NCBI GenBank assembly: GCA_002269645.1
Contig: NIVC01000797.1
Location: forward strand, 186,001-250,000
DNA: 64,000 nt
Direction of reading: 5' to 3'
DNA from: Macrostomum lignano
Lineage: Eukaryota
The translations under genes were made by a program, and so were the position numbers. Of this stretch, positions 1 through 14,100 are shown in pieces. Within the stretch, counting starts at the first letter, position 1. Every line of letters begins with the position of its first letter. The notes beneath the pieces were generated by a model. It ran no database searches. It was not told the origin of the DNA and saw only the letters and a program-made list of their open reading frames with translations.

Positions 1-362
1 CCCTGATCCTTCAGCTGGTACTGCATGCTTCTCCCTGATCCTTCAGCTGGTACTGCATGCTTCTCCCTGATCCTTGAGCTGGCACTACATGCTTCTCCCT
101 GATCATTCAGCTGGTACTGCATGCTTCTCCCTGATCCTTCAGCTGGTACTGCATGCTTCTCCCTGATCCTTCAGCTGGTACTGCATGCTTCTTCCTGATC
201 CTTCAGCTGGTACTGCATGCTTCTCCCTGATCCTTGAGCTGGCACTACATGCTTCTCCCTGATCCTTCAGCTGGTACTGCATGCTTCTCCCTGATCCTTC
301 AGCTGGTACTACATGCTTCTCTCTGATCCTTCAGCTGGTACTGCATGCTTCTCCCTGATCCT
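1..362. repeat. 32-nt minisatellite (CCCTGATCCTTCAGCTGGTACTGCATGCTTCT), ~11 copies, truncated by the window start
   Basis: Direct tandem periodicity of 32 nt. Confidence 0.95.
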
Positions 363-3300
363 TTAGCTTGCACTATATACTTTAAGCCTAGGTTTTTTGT
401 TCAATAGGGAATAGGGATACCAGATAGTATAGCATCCTGACTTTCAAAATTGCATCCTAAAATTAGACCTTGGATGCAATTTTGAATCTAAGCACTAGCA
501 AAAAAACCCAGCCTACATGTAGGTTTTTTAGGCTTGTTTATACAATAAAGGTGCTATATAATATCCTGCCTTTCCAAATTGCATCCTGAAATTTGACTTA
601 TGCAACTAGCAGTAGGCATGGCAAAAATTGCTGCAGAAAAAAACAAATATTATACAACAAATAGAAAAATTAGTAAAACAAAATAGGGTATATATATTAT
701 TGATTGAGGTATATTTTTCCCCAGTAACTGTAAAAAATTTTAGAATATTGTTTGAAAACAAAATTTATTATTGTAATTTTGAAATTAAATTTGCTACAAT
801 GATTGTTTAGCATAATTTATGCAATCATGACACATATTTCAATGCTTTTGTATGCTGTGCTACAAACTTGAAAACGTATAGTTAAGAATTATAAGCCAAT
901 GATTATGCTTGTATGCCAGAAAATTATATTTCCTCCTTGTATATAATATTTATTAAAACATTAGCTAAATCATTTATACAGTAGAATTTTCCTGCATATA
1001 CTATACTTACCCTAATATGGGCAACCACTTCCTGTCCTCTCTAATCTAGATTGCTACCCCTATTGTAGCAAAGGTCTAAACCACATTAGACACCCTCTTT
1101 CTTGTGCTAAACTGTGTCAGGATGCCAACAGAATAGTCAGGATCATATTACATTACATGTGCACTAGAAGTTACCCAAAAATCTTTTAGATTGTATGCCA
1201 GGTATATTAGGCAAAATCAATAGTGTGCCAGGTATGCTAGCAATAAGTATATAATCTTCTAGCCCCTAAGCTTATTCTGGCATTATTAAATATATATTTA
1301 TTTAAAAAATTACCTATATTTTTATAAGGCTATTATCATTTTGAGAAAATAATACATTTTTACATTTTACTTTTTTATGCTTATAGTTATACAAGTGGGG
1401 TATAGCCTTTTTAAAATTTAAATAAGTAATATATACAACATATAGTAAAGCCCTATATACAATAATCCAGGCATATATGCACCACAAGACTTTTTAAGAA
1501 AATGTGTGCAACAATAGACTTTTCATAAAGATTGCTTCCAAAACCAGAAAAATTCCCATTCCAGAACCAGAATTAGCAGGAAAATGAAAAGCATCAAATC
1601 TTTTATTGTAAGCTCTTTTTTATTTGATTACATTATTTCTCAAAAGATAAAAACATTTTTATCAAAAATTGAGAAACTAGTATTCTTTTTGAAATGTTTA
1701 AATATTTTTTTTCAAATTAGGGACTTCTTGAACTTTAGGTATGTATAAAATACTTGCAATTTTCCAATTTTTATAAACCTTTTGCCAGAGTCTTGGAGGC
1801 TGTCCAAAATGATAATAAAACAAAGAAAACTGCAAAATATATCTTCAAAGTTAAGCGGAGCTCAATTTGTTAATCCTGTATGTTAGTTTTGGAGAATTGT
1901 ATATTTGAAAATTCAACTTTTATTAGAATCATGACTTTTAAAGATAAATATTTTCCTCAGATTAATGAATTCATTCAAAAAAAACATTTGGAGGGTTAGA
2001 TTTTAACTCCAATAAAAAGAGTGTCTATTCTAACCTTTCTTTATTCAGTTTGTTAAAGTGCAATGAGAGTACCACATTAAATTAGTGTTTTTAAAAAATG
2101 CTGATTCACAGTTTGCCACCCTTTCAACTCTTGCTTTTGATTTGCAGTCATTCTCTTATGGTTGTGACTAGGCCTAGCTAGTAGCTGTACATTCTTTACT
2201 TGTTTACCTATACTTAATTTCTACTAATTTGCATTGTTGTCTCTATTCTAAAAGGTAACTATAGCTGCTGATATCAAATAGATTGCTAAGATTATAACTT
2301 TTTCTCTATAGAGGTATTTGATAAATTTCAGAATTTTTAATTTAAGCTGCATTACAATTTTTTCCCTAGACACTCTTAGTCTCCAAATTTATCTACCTAA
2401 TCTAAAATAGACCCCTATGCCTCTATTGAAGTTTAGGTACATAAAATCAATCCCCACAAAGATTTCCCCACCCTAAACCCCATTCCCCATGCTACAATGG
2501 TTGGTGGTTATTGGCCCACCCCACCCTTGGGTTCAGAATTTACCTACCTAATCTTCAATAGACCCCCAGGCCTCTATTAAAGTTTAGGTAGGTAAAATCA
2601 ATCCCCATGAAGCTTCTCCCTATCCTAACCCCCCCATTCCTCATGCCCTGGTAGTTGGCTTTAAGCTATGAAAAATGAAGCTCAAATTTGAAATCAGCAC
2701 TATCAAAAACCTCTATAGAGACAAAATTATGATCCTATTAAAATTACAACTATTTTATCTACCTAAAGTTCAAAAAGTCCCAAATTAGTCCTATTGTTTC
2801 TATAGAAACATAATAGGCCTAAAAAATTGAGAAAATTTCTTGGAACTGAATTCCAAAATTAAATCAGTTCTAGAGCCAATTCTGATAATAGAACAGACAA
2901 TATAAAAAGCTTCAAACTGATTCTGGTTCTAGAATGGGTAATATGAAAAGCCTAAAAGTCAGGCAAGTATGTGCCAGCTTATACAAGTTTGTACCAAAAA
3001 ATTTTGGTGCAAATAACATAATCCCCATACTCAGGATGATGTACATTATGCCGGAAATTTCTGGCGTACAATTGAAAATTTTACTTTTTTGGCATACAAT
3101 TGGCGTAAAAAATGAGGCAAAATGTATTTGGCGTACCTTTTGGTGTGACGCCGTGGCGTAAATATGCCAAGCAGCGTATGCCAACTCCAACCTTCATGCC
3201 AAAGTTAATATTAACAATTGTTGGCATAACGCTGTAACCTCAGAATCTTATTATAAAAACATAAAAACTGTAAAACTTGTAAGATAAAAGTTCATAACTA

Positions 3301-4013
3301 TTTGTGATTTATAAAAAATTAAAATTCCACGCAAACTAATCATGTGATGAAACCACATATTTGTTAAATTTTTATTGTTAAAAAAATGTATAACACGAAA
3401 AAAGGTCATTTATTGTCGCAAAGCCTAGAAAACCTGGCATAAGTTCCTAGGACCTTGGCATACATTTCAGTATGAAGTGGCATAGATTTTTTAGGGGACT
3501 TTTTATTCCAGCGTATACCATGACATGATCCTGACTATGGCATAATCCTAAGTGTGAACATGTCTATACTACTGAAGGCCAATCTATGCCAGAAACTGTC
3601 CATATTAATAATAATGGCCATTAGCTGCATATAGGGTCTACCACCAACATTAGGGGGCCTATATTTATTGTGAAGGCCTATTTTATTTATAATAATAATA
3701 ATAATAGTACTAATGTATTACTATATTACAAACTAACAAAAAATGAATAAATTCTTATCTATGATTATCAGTGGTTACTTGCAAGCCATAGTGCGGAAGG
3801 ATTTCTGTATACGACGGAAGGTAAATTTTCATTTCGGCCTGTTGTATGACAGTACGACAGGGATTGGAAAATGGTACTAGTGTTGTACGACAGAGTTAGA
3901 GTTTAAGGAAGTGCTGTATGACAAAAATAGTGGCACTTACATATGTGGGTAGGTGCGGGAAATTTCTTGATATTGCGTTTTTTTTATATGCAAAGTAAAA
4001 CAACAGATATATT

Positions 4014-4799
4014 GGCTCATTCCATATAAGATGGACATATTTGGAAAATAGAAAAAAGTCAATATTTTTGCTTGCCATTGCCTAATTAGCCTATTTTTTT
4101 ACCAAATGTTTATATTGTGCAATATATACAATCTAAGAATAAAGGAATGGTAAAATGTTGGATTAGTATGTTATCAATTGGCAAAAAGTCATTTTTGTAA
4201 AAATTTGGACATTTTTCGAAGCAAAAGACATCATTAAGATTTTGTACCTTTTAAAAACAATTAGAAAGCTTTTGAAGGTTGAAACAAACTATAGATAAAA
4301 GTATAGTACTTGCATCATCAGATAAAAGCATTGGTGACCAAATAATCTATTATATTTTTAATGTATTAGTACCTCAAAGTTACTGAATTGACAGAAAAAA
4401 ATATGTTACGACCATAATGTTACGACCATAAGGCTGCCTTTTCTTTTGTATCTTTGTTGCCTTTTGAGTTTATATATTCTAATAAAAGAGTATGATTTCT
4501 AAAGATGTTCTTAGTCAAATTTTAAAAATGTATTGCAAAATATCAAAAATGAAAAATGTTATAAGACTTTTAGCTTTTAGTTTCTATATGTCAAAAATCC
4601 TGTCGTTACGACCATAAGTGTCATTTAAGGTTTAATAGCATCTATACTAATGATGATATCTATATGAAACTCTATAAATATATTCTAGACAAAATAATCT
4701 TTCATTTAAAATATTGGTTTAGTATATTCTATTATTAGATTTCATTTTATAAGTAAAAATAACCTGTCATGTTACGACCATGCTTATATGGAATGAGCC
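4014..4799. mobile_element. Non-autonomous DNA transposon (MITE-like), 786 bp
   Basis: Perfect 17-bp terminal inverted repeat GGCTCATTCCATATAAG (4014-4030) / CTTATATGGAATGAGCC (4783-4799). Flanked by TATT on both sides (4010-4013, 4800-4803). Internal GTTACGACCAT motif occurs 4 times. No ORF. Confidence 0.85.
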
Positions 4800-7700
4800 T
4801 ATTGTACTTTTCTGCTTGCAATGTCAAGTATAGTTTTGCGCCAATAAAATTGAATTTAAGAGTTTGTACAAATATAATACTGATAATTTAAATTACCCTT
4901 TGAGTGGAAAAGTGCAACTATTGAATTTTTACTTCCTTGCTTCAACGCAATACGTTAACAATGATGTTATGAGTTAGTTACGAGACTAGGAGTATCTGGT
5001 ACTGGTGTCCGATTGTCCATCAAAGGAATACTAACTACGTCTATACTTCACGTATGAGTCATATGACATTGACAAGTGTACGACAGACAGACATGTAACA
5101 TGTTTACATGTACGACAGTGTACGACATAGCGCCCCGAAAAATTAGCAATATACGACATGTACGACAGGCAATCCCTGTGAACGACGGAGATTTCTGGCG
5201 TATACCCGTCCTTCCGCACTATGGCTTGCAAGTAGTTACAAAGGAAACAGTACAATAAGCCTAGAATCAGGTAGGGCCTATTAGATTAAGTTTAGAAAAA
5301 AAGCCATAGGCCTAGGCCTAGGCACAATTGACATACAATAAGTGTAGGCCAAATAATTATTTAATAATAATAAATTTATTAAATTTGTGAAAAAATGAAA
5401 AATTCATATTATTTCACTTACTTTGGGCTTTGCTAATATGAAGTGAGTGGCTCCAAGTTGGGCTCGACTCTTGAGGGTAAACTTGACCATCGCCATAATT
5501 TTGACATTTTTCAGCATTTGTGGCAGTAATTATGCCGACAATAAATCCAAAAACACACAGAAAGAAATTATTGGCTGTCATAGTGCAACTGTGATTTTTA
5601 TTTTGATAAAATTTAACTGTTTTTACTTTATAGTAAGTAAAATGAAGCAATGAGCGAAGCCGCAGTTTTCTAACAAGAAACCGTGATCTTTCTCACAATT
5701 TAACTCTTTAAAAAAGAGCGCGAACGATGACCCAGTAAAGCAAATAAAGAATTTTTAAAGCCTAGCTGCAAAGCAAAAACAAACTTAATGCTTGTGAAAG
5801 TTTTAAAAAAAGTTTATTTTTTAAAATAGTAATAAAATTATTATTATTTTAATGCTTTAAGTAATGCTGTTTGTTTTCCAAAGAAATTTGACAATAATAA
5901 AATATTTCTATTATAAATTAAATTCACTAGGCCTAGATACACTACACTAAAAATAAAATGGTCAGAATAAAGTTTACAAAACCTTTTCTGAGTAGGATGG
6001 TGTTTTTATAATTACAACAGTGATAAATACAGGGAAAATTGCAAGACACTAAAGCTACCCCAGCCAATTTTTCGCCACTTTTTTAATTGTCTAGTCTAAA
6101 TAGTTTTTGAAACTTTGATACTTTTGAAGCAGCTTTGTGTTGCCCCCTCCCCCTCCTCAAAAATGTTCTAGATCTATGCCTTAACTTCGCCTTAAGTAAG
6201 ATACCAATTGATGTTAAGAAATAGTAATAGATCGTTTCATTTATTAGGCAACTATGGATAGGCCTAGAGTGTAGGCCTTATGCACAGGTGTTACCAAAGT
6301 TGTAACAGTTCTCAAACCAAGCCAAAAAATCAGACAGGCGCATAGAATTTAGCTAGGGCCTATTTAATAAGATAGTAGGCCTATTAGGCCCCTATTATTA
6401 TTATATTGTCTTTAGAGCTAAGCTAAAACTTAAAAATGTTAACATGTTTAACTATACCATTTGTTTGTTAGACAAACCATTTTTAGTATATGGTAATTGT
6501 GGTTTTGTTGTTTTGTTTCAGTGGTATATTCTCTACTATATTCTTCAGTATATGTATATTCTTCAATATTAGCCAACAATCCCAACATTAACAAAGGCCT
6601 AGGCCTAATTAATATTAGTCCCTCCCCTTATTGATTGTTTGATACTATATAGATAGATAGGCCCTCTAGCTAGATAGGATTCATCCTTATATAGTTATAT
6701 TAATAATTTTAAGAATAATTGACTAAAAAAAAGTTAATAAATATATTTCAAAGTTTTTTAATTAAATTTAATTGGTAATGTTATATAGTTATACTTTGAA
6801 TAGCCACTTCTTTTTAATATTCTAACTTATAATGTATTTGCCAGCTGCTACCATCAACACCAGCCATGACAAGTTATACTGACAAGCCCAGCTTTCCCAA
6901 CCTAGCCAGCTGCTGCATATCCAGCACCTATAGCTGGCCAGCCATGTCATCTAGGCAAAGCACTGAGCAGTACTACCCTAAGTAGCTTTAAGATGTGCTG
7001 CTACTATCCCTTCAAGGGCTACAATGGCTTGGTCAGGCAAGAATTCTGCATTTTGTTGACTTGCTTTTAAGAGATGCTGAAATCTCCATCCCCTATAGAC
7101 TTGCTATTCTACGGAAATCTATACTTACATTTTACATACATATTTTGATAGCTTGCCTAGGGTTGCTATAGTTTGTTGTTGTAACTTCTAACTAGGAAAT
7201 AAAAAAATAAGTAGAAAAACTTGGTATTATTATAGCTTAAAAATATGTTTTTATTAACCTATCTAGTCATAGTTAAGCTTAAATAATATTTATAAAAAAT
7301 AAAAAATTAAAAAAACATATGTATATACATATTTTTGCTTTTTTTGCTTTGCCAAAAATGTATATAAAGTTTATTTTATATAGATTTTAATTTTATTCTT
7401 TGTAAAGTCTTACAGTGGTTTTGTTCCTATCTTTGCAAAATCCCACTGATGCTACCAAGTTGTGCTAGGTCTGTTTTCCTTGTCTTTAGTATTCCTCATA
7501 GGTGTTACCAAAGTTGTAACAGGCGTATTGGCTCTCTTATAACTAATTGTAATATTTTTTGTTAGTACATTTCTGGTAACTATTGGTGATTATCTGGTAG
7601 CATTCTAATATAGTTTGGTAGCATCTAATGTATACTAAGAAATTGTTATTGCCAATATTTTGCTTAGTAAAACAAACTTAAACTAGTTTCTATTTTTTGT

Positions 7701-8158
7701 GCAAATTTAGTGTGGCTACTAGTATACTATTTTTTGCAGGTAAAACAATAGGAAATATATAAAACTATTATTGATGTTATTAGGCACATGTAATACAGGA
7801 ATAGACAATTCTGTATTAATGGCTATTTACAAGTCTTTTTCCTTAATATATATATATATACACTTTATATATATATATATTTAATTAATAAAACAACAAA
7901 CCAAGTAAAGAGATTTATTTGTACCATTTGTAATCAGTTATAGTTTAAATAAAGCATGAATAATAATGAGCTTTATAAATATATATCTCAAACTTAAATA
8001 ACTTATAAGTTATTATAAATACTTGTCCAATTTATGAGCAAGAAACTTCAACCACTGCTCACAACTAAACAAAACAAGACTTTGTCTTCTCATTGTAGTA
8101 GTTAAACTAACTCTTCTAGTTATTTCCTTTTAGTTTTGTTATAATTTCCTTTGGAACA

Positions 8159-11100
8159 ATGTCCAGTGGGGAGCAGACCAAACTAATTGGAGCAGATGGT
8201 CTGTCAAAGCAAGCCGAGCCGAACCAAGAATCTGCTGGCAAGCAAGTGCCCAGCAAAGATGCTGCAGAAGATGAAGAGGTCAAACGAGCCGGATGCTCGC
8301 CAGCATTCTGTCGCTTTCCTTTGTCCGTCTATTTCATTGTGACCAACGAATTCTGCGAACGGTTTAACTACTTTGGCGTTCGAACCATCCTGACACTTTA
8401 CTTGCTAAAGTTTATCGGCCTGAGCTCGGATCATTCAACCGCCATCTTTCACCTGTTTGTTGTGGTCTGCTATTTCTCGCCAATCATTGGCGGCATCGTT
8501 GCTGATAGCTTGTTGGGCAGATTCTGGACTATTGTCATCTTGTCCATTGTCTACTGTATTGGCGGGGTGGTGCTTGCGGCTACGGCAGTTCCTCATCTTG
8601 GCTTAGCCGGCGCCCTGATCGGCCTGTTGCTGATTGGCCTGGGCACTGGTGGAATCAAGCCGAATGTTGCCGCCTTTGGCGCCGATCAAATCCCAGAGGG
8701 CAAGGCCTGGATGCGCGAGGCATTCTTCTCAACATTCTATTTTGCTATCAACCTGGGCTCGCTTCTGTCTACCATTCTAATTCCGGTGGTTCGCTCCAAT
8801 GTCTACTGCATGGACGACAATTGCTACGCATTGGCTTTCGGCATACCCGCTGTCGCTATGGCGCTGGCCATTGTAATCTTCATTGTTGGCAAGCCAATGT
8901 ACCGAATGGTCCAGCCAGGCAAAAGTGTAGTCGGCCAGGCTGCCTGCTGCATTGTCAGCGCCGCCAAGAACTACAGGGCCGCCTCTGTCAAAGACGCGGA
9001 TAGGCAGTTCCTTGACTACGCCGATTCTGACCGATTCCCGCCGGAGTTTGTGCGCGATCTGAGGCAGTTCAGCCGCCTATTGCTGCTGTATATCCCGTTC
9101 CCCATCTTCTGGGCCCTGTTCGATCAGATGGGTTCGAGATGGACTATTCAAGCGTCACTGATGGACGGCTACATGTTCTGGGATTGGTCAATTCTGCCCG
9201 ATCAGATGCAGGCATTGAATTCGCTGCTGATTCTGGTGCTCATACCGATTTTCGACTGCTGCATCTACCCGCTGCTCAGTGAGTGCTGCTGGCGCGTTGG
9301 ACTCTTCTAGCCGAGTGCCTGGGTTCGATTCTGTGACTGTTGCACCTGAGTGTCCTGGGTTCGATTCTGTGACTGTTACACCTGAGTGCCTGGGTTCGAT
9401 TCTGTGACTGTTACACCTGAGTGCCTGGGTTCGATTCTGTGACTGTTGCACCTGAGTGTCCTGACTCCTGGGTTCGATTCTGTGACTGTTGCACCTGAGT
9501 GCCTGGGTTCGATTCTGTGACTGTTGCACCTGAGTTTCTGGGTTCGATTCTGTGACTATTGCACCTGAGTGCCTGGGTTCGATTCTGTGACTGTTGCACC
9601 TGAGTGCCTGGGTTCGATTCTATGTCTGTTGCACCTGAGTGCCTGGGTTCGATTCTGTGACTGTTGCACCTGAGTGCCCTGGGTTCGACTCTGTGACTGT
9701 TGCACCTGAGTGCCCTGGGTTCGATTCTGTGACTGTTGTACCAGAGTGTCCAAGTTCGATTCTGTTACTTGCTTTTTGAGTAACTATTTAAAACTCGCGT
9801 TAATATGCAGTTAACTATTCAGTGTACTTGCAGATGCTTAAATATGTCTCTGCCTTGTCGACAGCCGTAAAAGTATGAGATTTTTTATTTGTCAATAAAT
9901 TGGATCACTTTAATAAAGTAATTCTGCATTTCAGGCAGATGGCAAGGTAAGATAAATCGTTTGATAGAACTCGTTTGTTTGGTTTGTTAGAAGTGATTTG
10001 TATTTTGTGATTTTTTAGTTTTCCACGATTATGGGCAGTTGGCGGTTTTGCAATAAAAATGTTGTGATTGCGTAATTGTCTTGAAATTGCGTTAAATTTG
10101 TTTGAAAACCGGTGATTATATTTTGAGTTTGTTTACGGTTTCAGCTATCCAATGTTTAGGCAAACAAGTCTGATGTTTTTATTTATTATTAGAGGCAGGG
10201 GGGTTGTGTGCACCCTGGCGCAATTTAAGCGTCATTGGCACACAACCGGCGAGAGGCATTACTGCCCATTCCGCCGACTCCCCTGAGCAGGCATACAAGC
10301 GAGCGGATACGTACGCAGGCATACACTCACACAGGAGTGTACAGCGGCCCTAACTTTATCAATTGTTAGGCATGTACACTTCACTGCGCCTTGGGGGGGG
10401 GGGTTGGCTCTCAAGGCCGTTAATTGCACAAGCGAGCCAAGCCAAGATTCCAATCCAGCCCCAAATGAATGTGGCTGCACTTGGAATCGAGCCTGGGTCG
10501 CGGCACACCAGAGCAGCTGCGCTACCGCTGGGCTACGGCCCCCCGATGTTTTTATTTGTCAACAAGAAATTTTACTGCAAGATAATTTAAATTATCGATT
10601 TTTCTGATCTAGTTGATTTAGTTGATGAATCTATTATTACGTTTTTTAGAATAAAATTGTATAGATTAGTAGATTATACATTACTTTTATAAAACAATGC
10701 AGATTGCACAGTTCCATAGCCAATAAAATACCCCCCTCCCATAAAACAGGCAGATTGCACAGTTCTATAGCCAATAAACAACCCCCATAAAACAGGCAGA
10801 TTGCACAGTTCTATAGCCAATAAACAACCCCCCCCCCATAAAACAGGCAGATTGCACAGTTCTATAGCCAATAAACAACCCCCCATAAAACAGGCAGATT
10901 GCACAGTTCTATAGCCAATAAACAACCCCCATAAAACAGGCAGATTGCACAGTTCTATAGCCAATAAACAACCCCCCATAAAACAGGCAGATTGCGCAGT
11001 TCTATAGCCAATAAACAACCCCCCATAAAACAGGCAGATTGCACAGTTCTATAGCCAATAAACAACCCCCATAAAACAGGCAGATTGCACAGTTCTATAG

Positions 11101-14100
11101 CCAATAAACAACCCCCCATAAAACAGGCAGATTGCACAGTTCTATAGCCAATAAACAACCCCCCATAAAACAGGCAGATTGCACAGTTCTATAGCCAATA
11201 AACAACCCCCCATAAAACAGGCAGATTGCACAGTTCTATAGCCAATAAACAACCCCCCATAAAACAGGCAGATTGCACAGTTCTATAGCCAATAAACTAC
11301 CTTATAAAACTCTAATTAAGGGATAATCGGATTAAGGTAAAATAATACAGGGTCTGTGATTATTGATCTATTTTGAAAAAAGGTAATGCAAGGTGTTAAT
11401 ATAACGTTTAATGCACGTTTTTTAATCGCTCCACGCATTGATTGATTGCTCCGCAACAGGTAAGCTGCACCTGTCTACCACCCTGTGCAAGCGAATGGGC
11501 GTCGGCATGCTGTTGGCCTCTTCTGCCTTCATCGCCGCCATGGCCGTCCAGATGCGCATCGACGCGGAGCTGCCCACCGTGCCCAAAACTGGCCAGATCA
11601 AGCTGAAGTTCGTCAATTCCTTGACTGGCACGTCTTCGCCCTGCGGAGTCATCTTCGAGTACGACGGCGTCACTCGGGATCTAGCGCATCTCGGTTTCTC
11701 TAGGGCCAGCCTGCATACCAAGGTGAGCTGATGACGGATCCCCTGTTGCTGGACCAGCCTCCCAGATCCTCAGTTGTTGGGCCAGCCTCCCAAATCCTCA
11801 GCTGCTGGGCCAGCCTCCCAAATCCTCAGCTGCTGGGCCAGCCTCCCAGATCCCCTGTTGCTGGACCAGCCTCCCAGATCCTCAGCTGCTGGGCCAGCCT
11901 CCCAGATCCTCAGTTGCTGGGCCAGCCTCCCAGAGTGTCAGTTGCTGGGCCAGCCTCCCAGATCCTCTGTTGCTGGGCCAGCCTCCCAGAGTGTCAGTTG
12001 CTGGGCCAGCCTCCCAGATCCTCTGTTGCTGGGCCAGCCTCCCAGAGTGTCAGTTGCTGGGCCAGCCTCCCAGATCCCCTGTTGCTGGGCCAGCCTCCCA
12101 GATCCCACGTTGCTGGGCCAGCCTCCCAGATCCCACGTTGCTGGGCCAGCCTCCCAGATCCCACGTTGCTGGGCCAGTCTCCCAGATTCCACGTTGCTGG
12201 GCCAGCCTCCCAGATCCCACGTTGCTGGGCCAGTCTCCCAGATTCCACGTTGCTGGGCCAGCCTCCCAGATCCCACGTTGCTGGGCCATTCTCCCAGATC
12301 CTCAGTTTCTTGGCCAGCCTCCAAGATCCTCAGATCCCCAGTTGCTGGGCCAGTCTCCCAGATCCGCAGTTGCTTTTCTAAATGTTAGACTCTAGCCAGT
12401 TCTCCAGCTGGGATGGCTGAAGCCAATCCATGGATTCCCACTCCACCACAGACGCCTCATCTGTGGAACGTAGCGATGCACACGAGTCCGGACTGCCCAG
12501 ACACTGTGAAAAGAGCCGCCAATCTCACCCTGCCGGGCGGCAACAACTCCTATGACGTCATAGTCTATGGCTCCGGCAGGCTGGCCGCGGTCCCGGCAGC
12601 CACCGAGAAGAACCGCAAAGGCCTCAGCCTCATCCGCGTGATGCTGACCAATCCGAAACTGGCCGATCGTCTGCTCGACGACAAGCTGATTCTTAGAAAG
12701 ATCAGCCGAGTCAAAGAGGGCATCGATTTCGCCTTAAATTTAACAGCCAGCCCGAAAAGTTCGGTTGCTAAGGGCGATATTCGGTTCACGGATTACCAAC
12801 CGGTGCACAGTGGATTTTATTCTGTTCAGCTGGTTGGCAACTACACTGGCCGGGGCGAGCCGGAGCTGCCTAATGTTGGCTTTAGCAGTGAGTTATTTTA
12901 CTTATGGACACCTGTCAATCAAACTGTTTGGCAATTGGGTATTCCTTTGGTAACACAGGAATGTAATGTTTTTTAAACCGGTTCTAAATATAGTAGTTTC
13001 TGCCTGAATGATTCTTGAAATGTGTAAAAAATCTTCTCGTTAATCCACCCCCTCTAAGTCGTTCCTTAACCACCTCTAAACCGTTGCTTAATCCTTCCCT
13101 AAAAACTCCTTAATCCTTTCCTAAACCGTTCCTTAATCCTTCCCTAAACCGTTCCTTAATCCTTCCCTAAACCGTTCCTTAATCCTTCCCTAAACCGTTC
13201 CTTAATCCTTCCCTAAACCGTTCCTTAATCCTTCCCTAAACCGTTCCTTAATCCCATTTTCTAAACGGCTCCTGTCTTTAGCAAATACATGAACCTTAGG
13301 AGTTGGGCATTCCAAATGGCGAACACAGACACCAAAATATTTATTAAAATAATTACTTCTAACAGTGTATTTGTAATGTGTAAATATAGGATCTGTAAGC
13401 TCAGATTGGATGCATCACGGTCGTAAGTATGGCGCTTAAATCTCATTATGTTTACAAGTTAATAATTTAATGTATGTCAAACTGATTGCGATTATGCAGT
13501 TGATTGTTTGTTCGTTGGGGGTATTATTGCCTTCGCTTTTTGCAACGATTTGTACGCATCAAGAAGTCAGGTTATTATTTCGGTTTTATTGATGAATTAT
13601 GCTTTGCCCATAGACTAATGATGGGTGGAGATATCTTGGCCATAGACTAATGATAAGTGGAGATATCTTGGCCATAGACTAATGGTGAGTGGAAATATCT
13701 TGGCCATAGACTAATGATGAGTGGAGATATCTTGGCCATAGACTAATGATGAGTGGAAATATCTTGGCCATAGACTAATAGTGAGTGGAGATATCTTGGC
13801 CATAGACTAATGGTGAGTGGAAATATCTTGGCCATAGACTAATGATAAGTGGAGATATCTTGGCCATAGACTAATGGTGAGTGGAAATATCTTGGCCATA
13901 GACTAATGATGAGTGGAGATATCTTGGCCATAGACTAATAGTGAGTGGAGATATCTTGGCCATAGGCTAATGGTGAGTGGAGATATCTTGGCCATAGACT
14001 AATGGTGAGTGGAAATATCTTGGCCATAGACTAATGATGAGTGGAGATATCTTGGCCATAGACTAATGATAAGTGGAAATATCTTGGCCATAGACTAATG

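Noticed and set aside
628-5653. Short 60-92 aa ORFs in the AT-rich 5' region
   Set aside because: No recognisable motifs or splice-consistent structure; lengths expected by chance
5039-5672. Helitron-like ends (TCTATACT ... GCGAAGCCGC...CTAA)
   Set aside because: No A|T insertion site, CTAA rather than CTAG, and a weak hairpin; insufficient without additional copies
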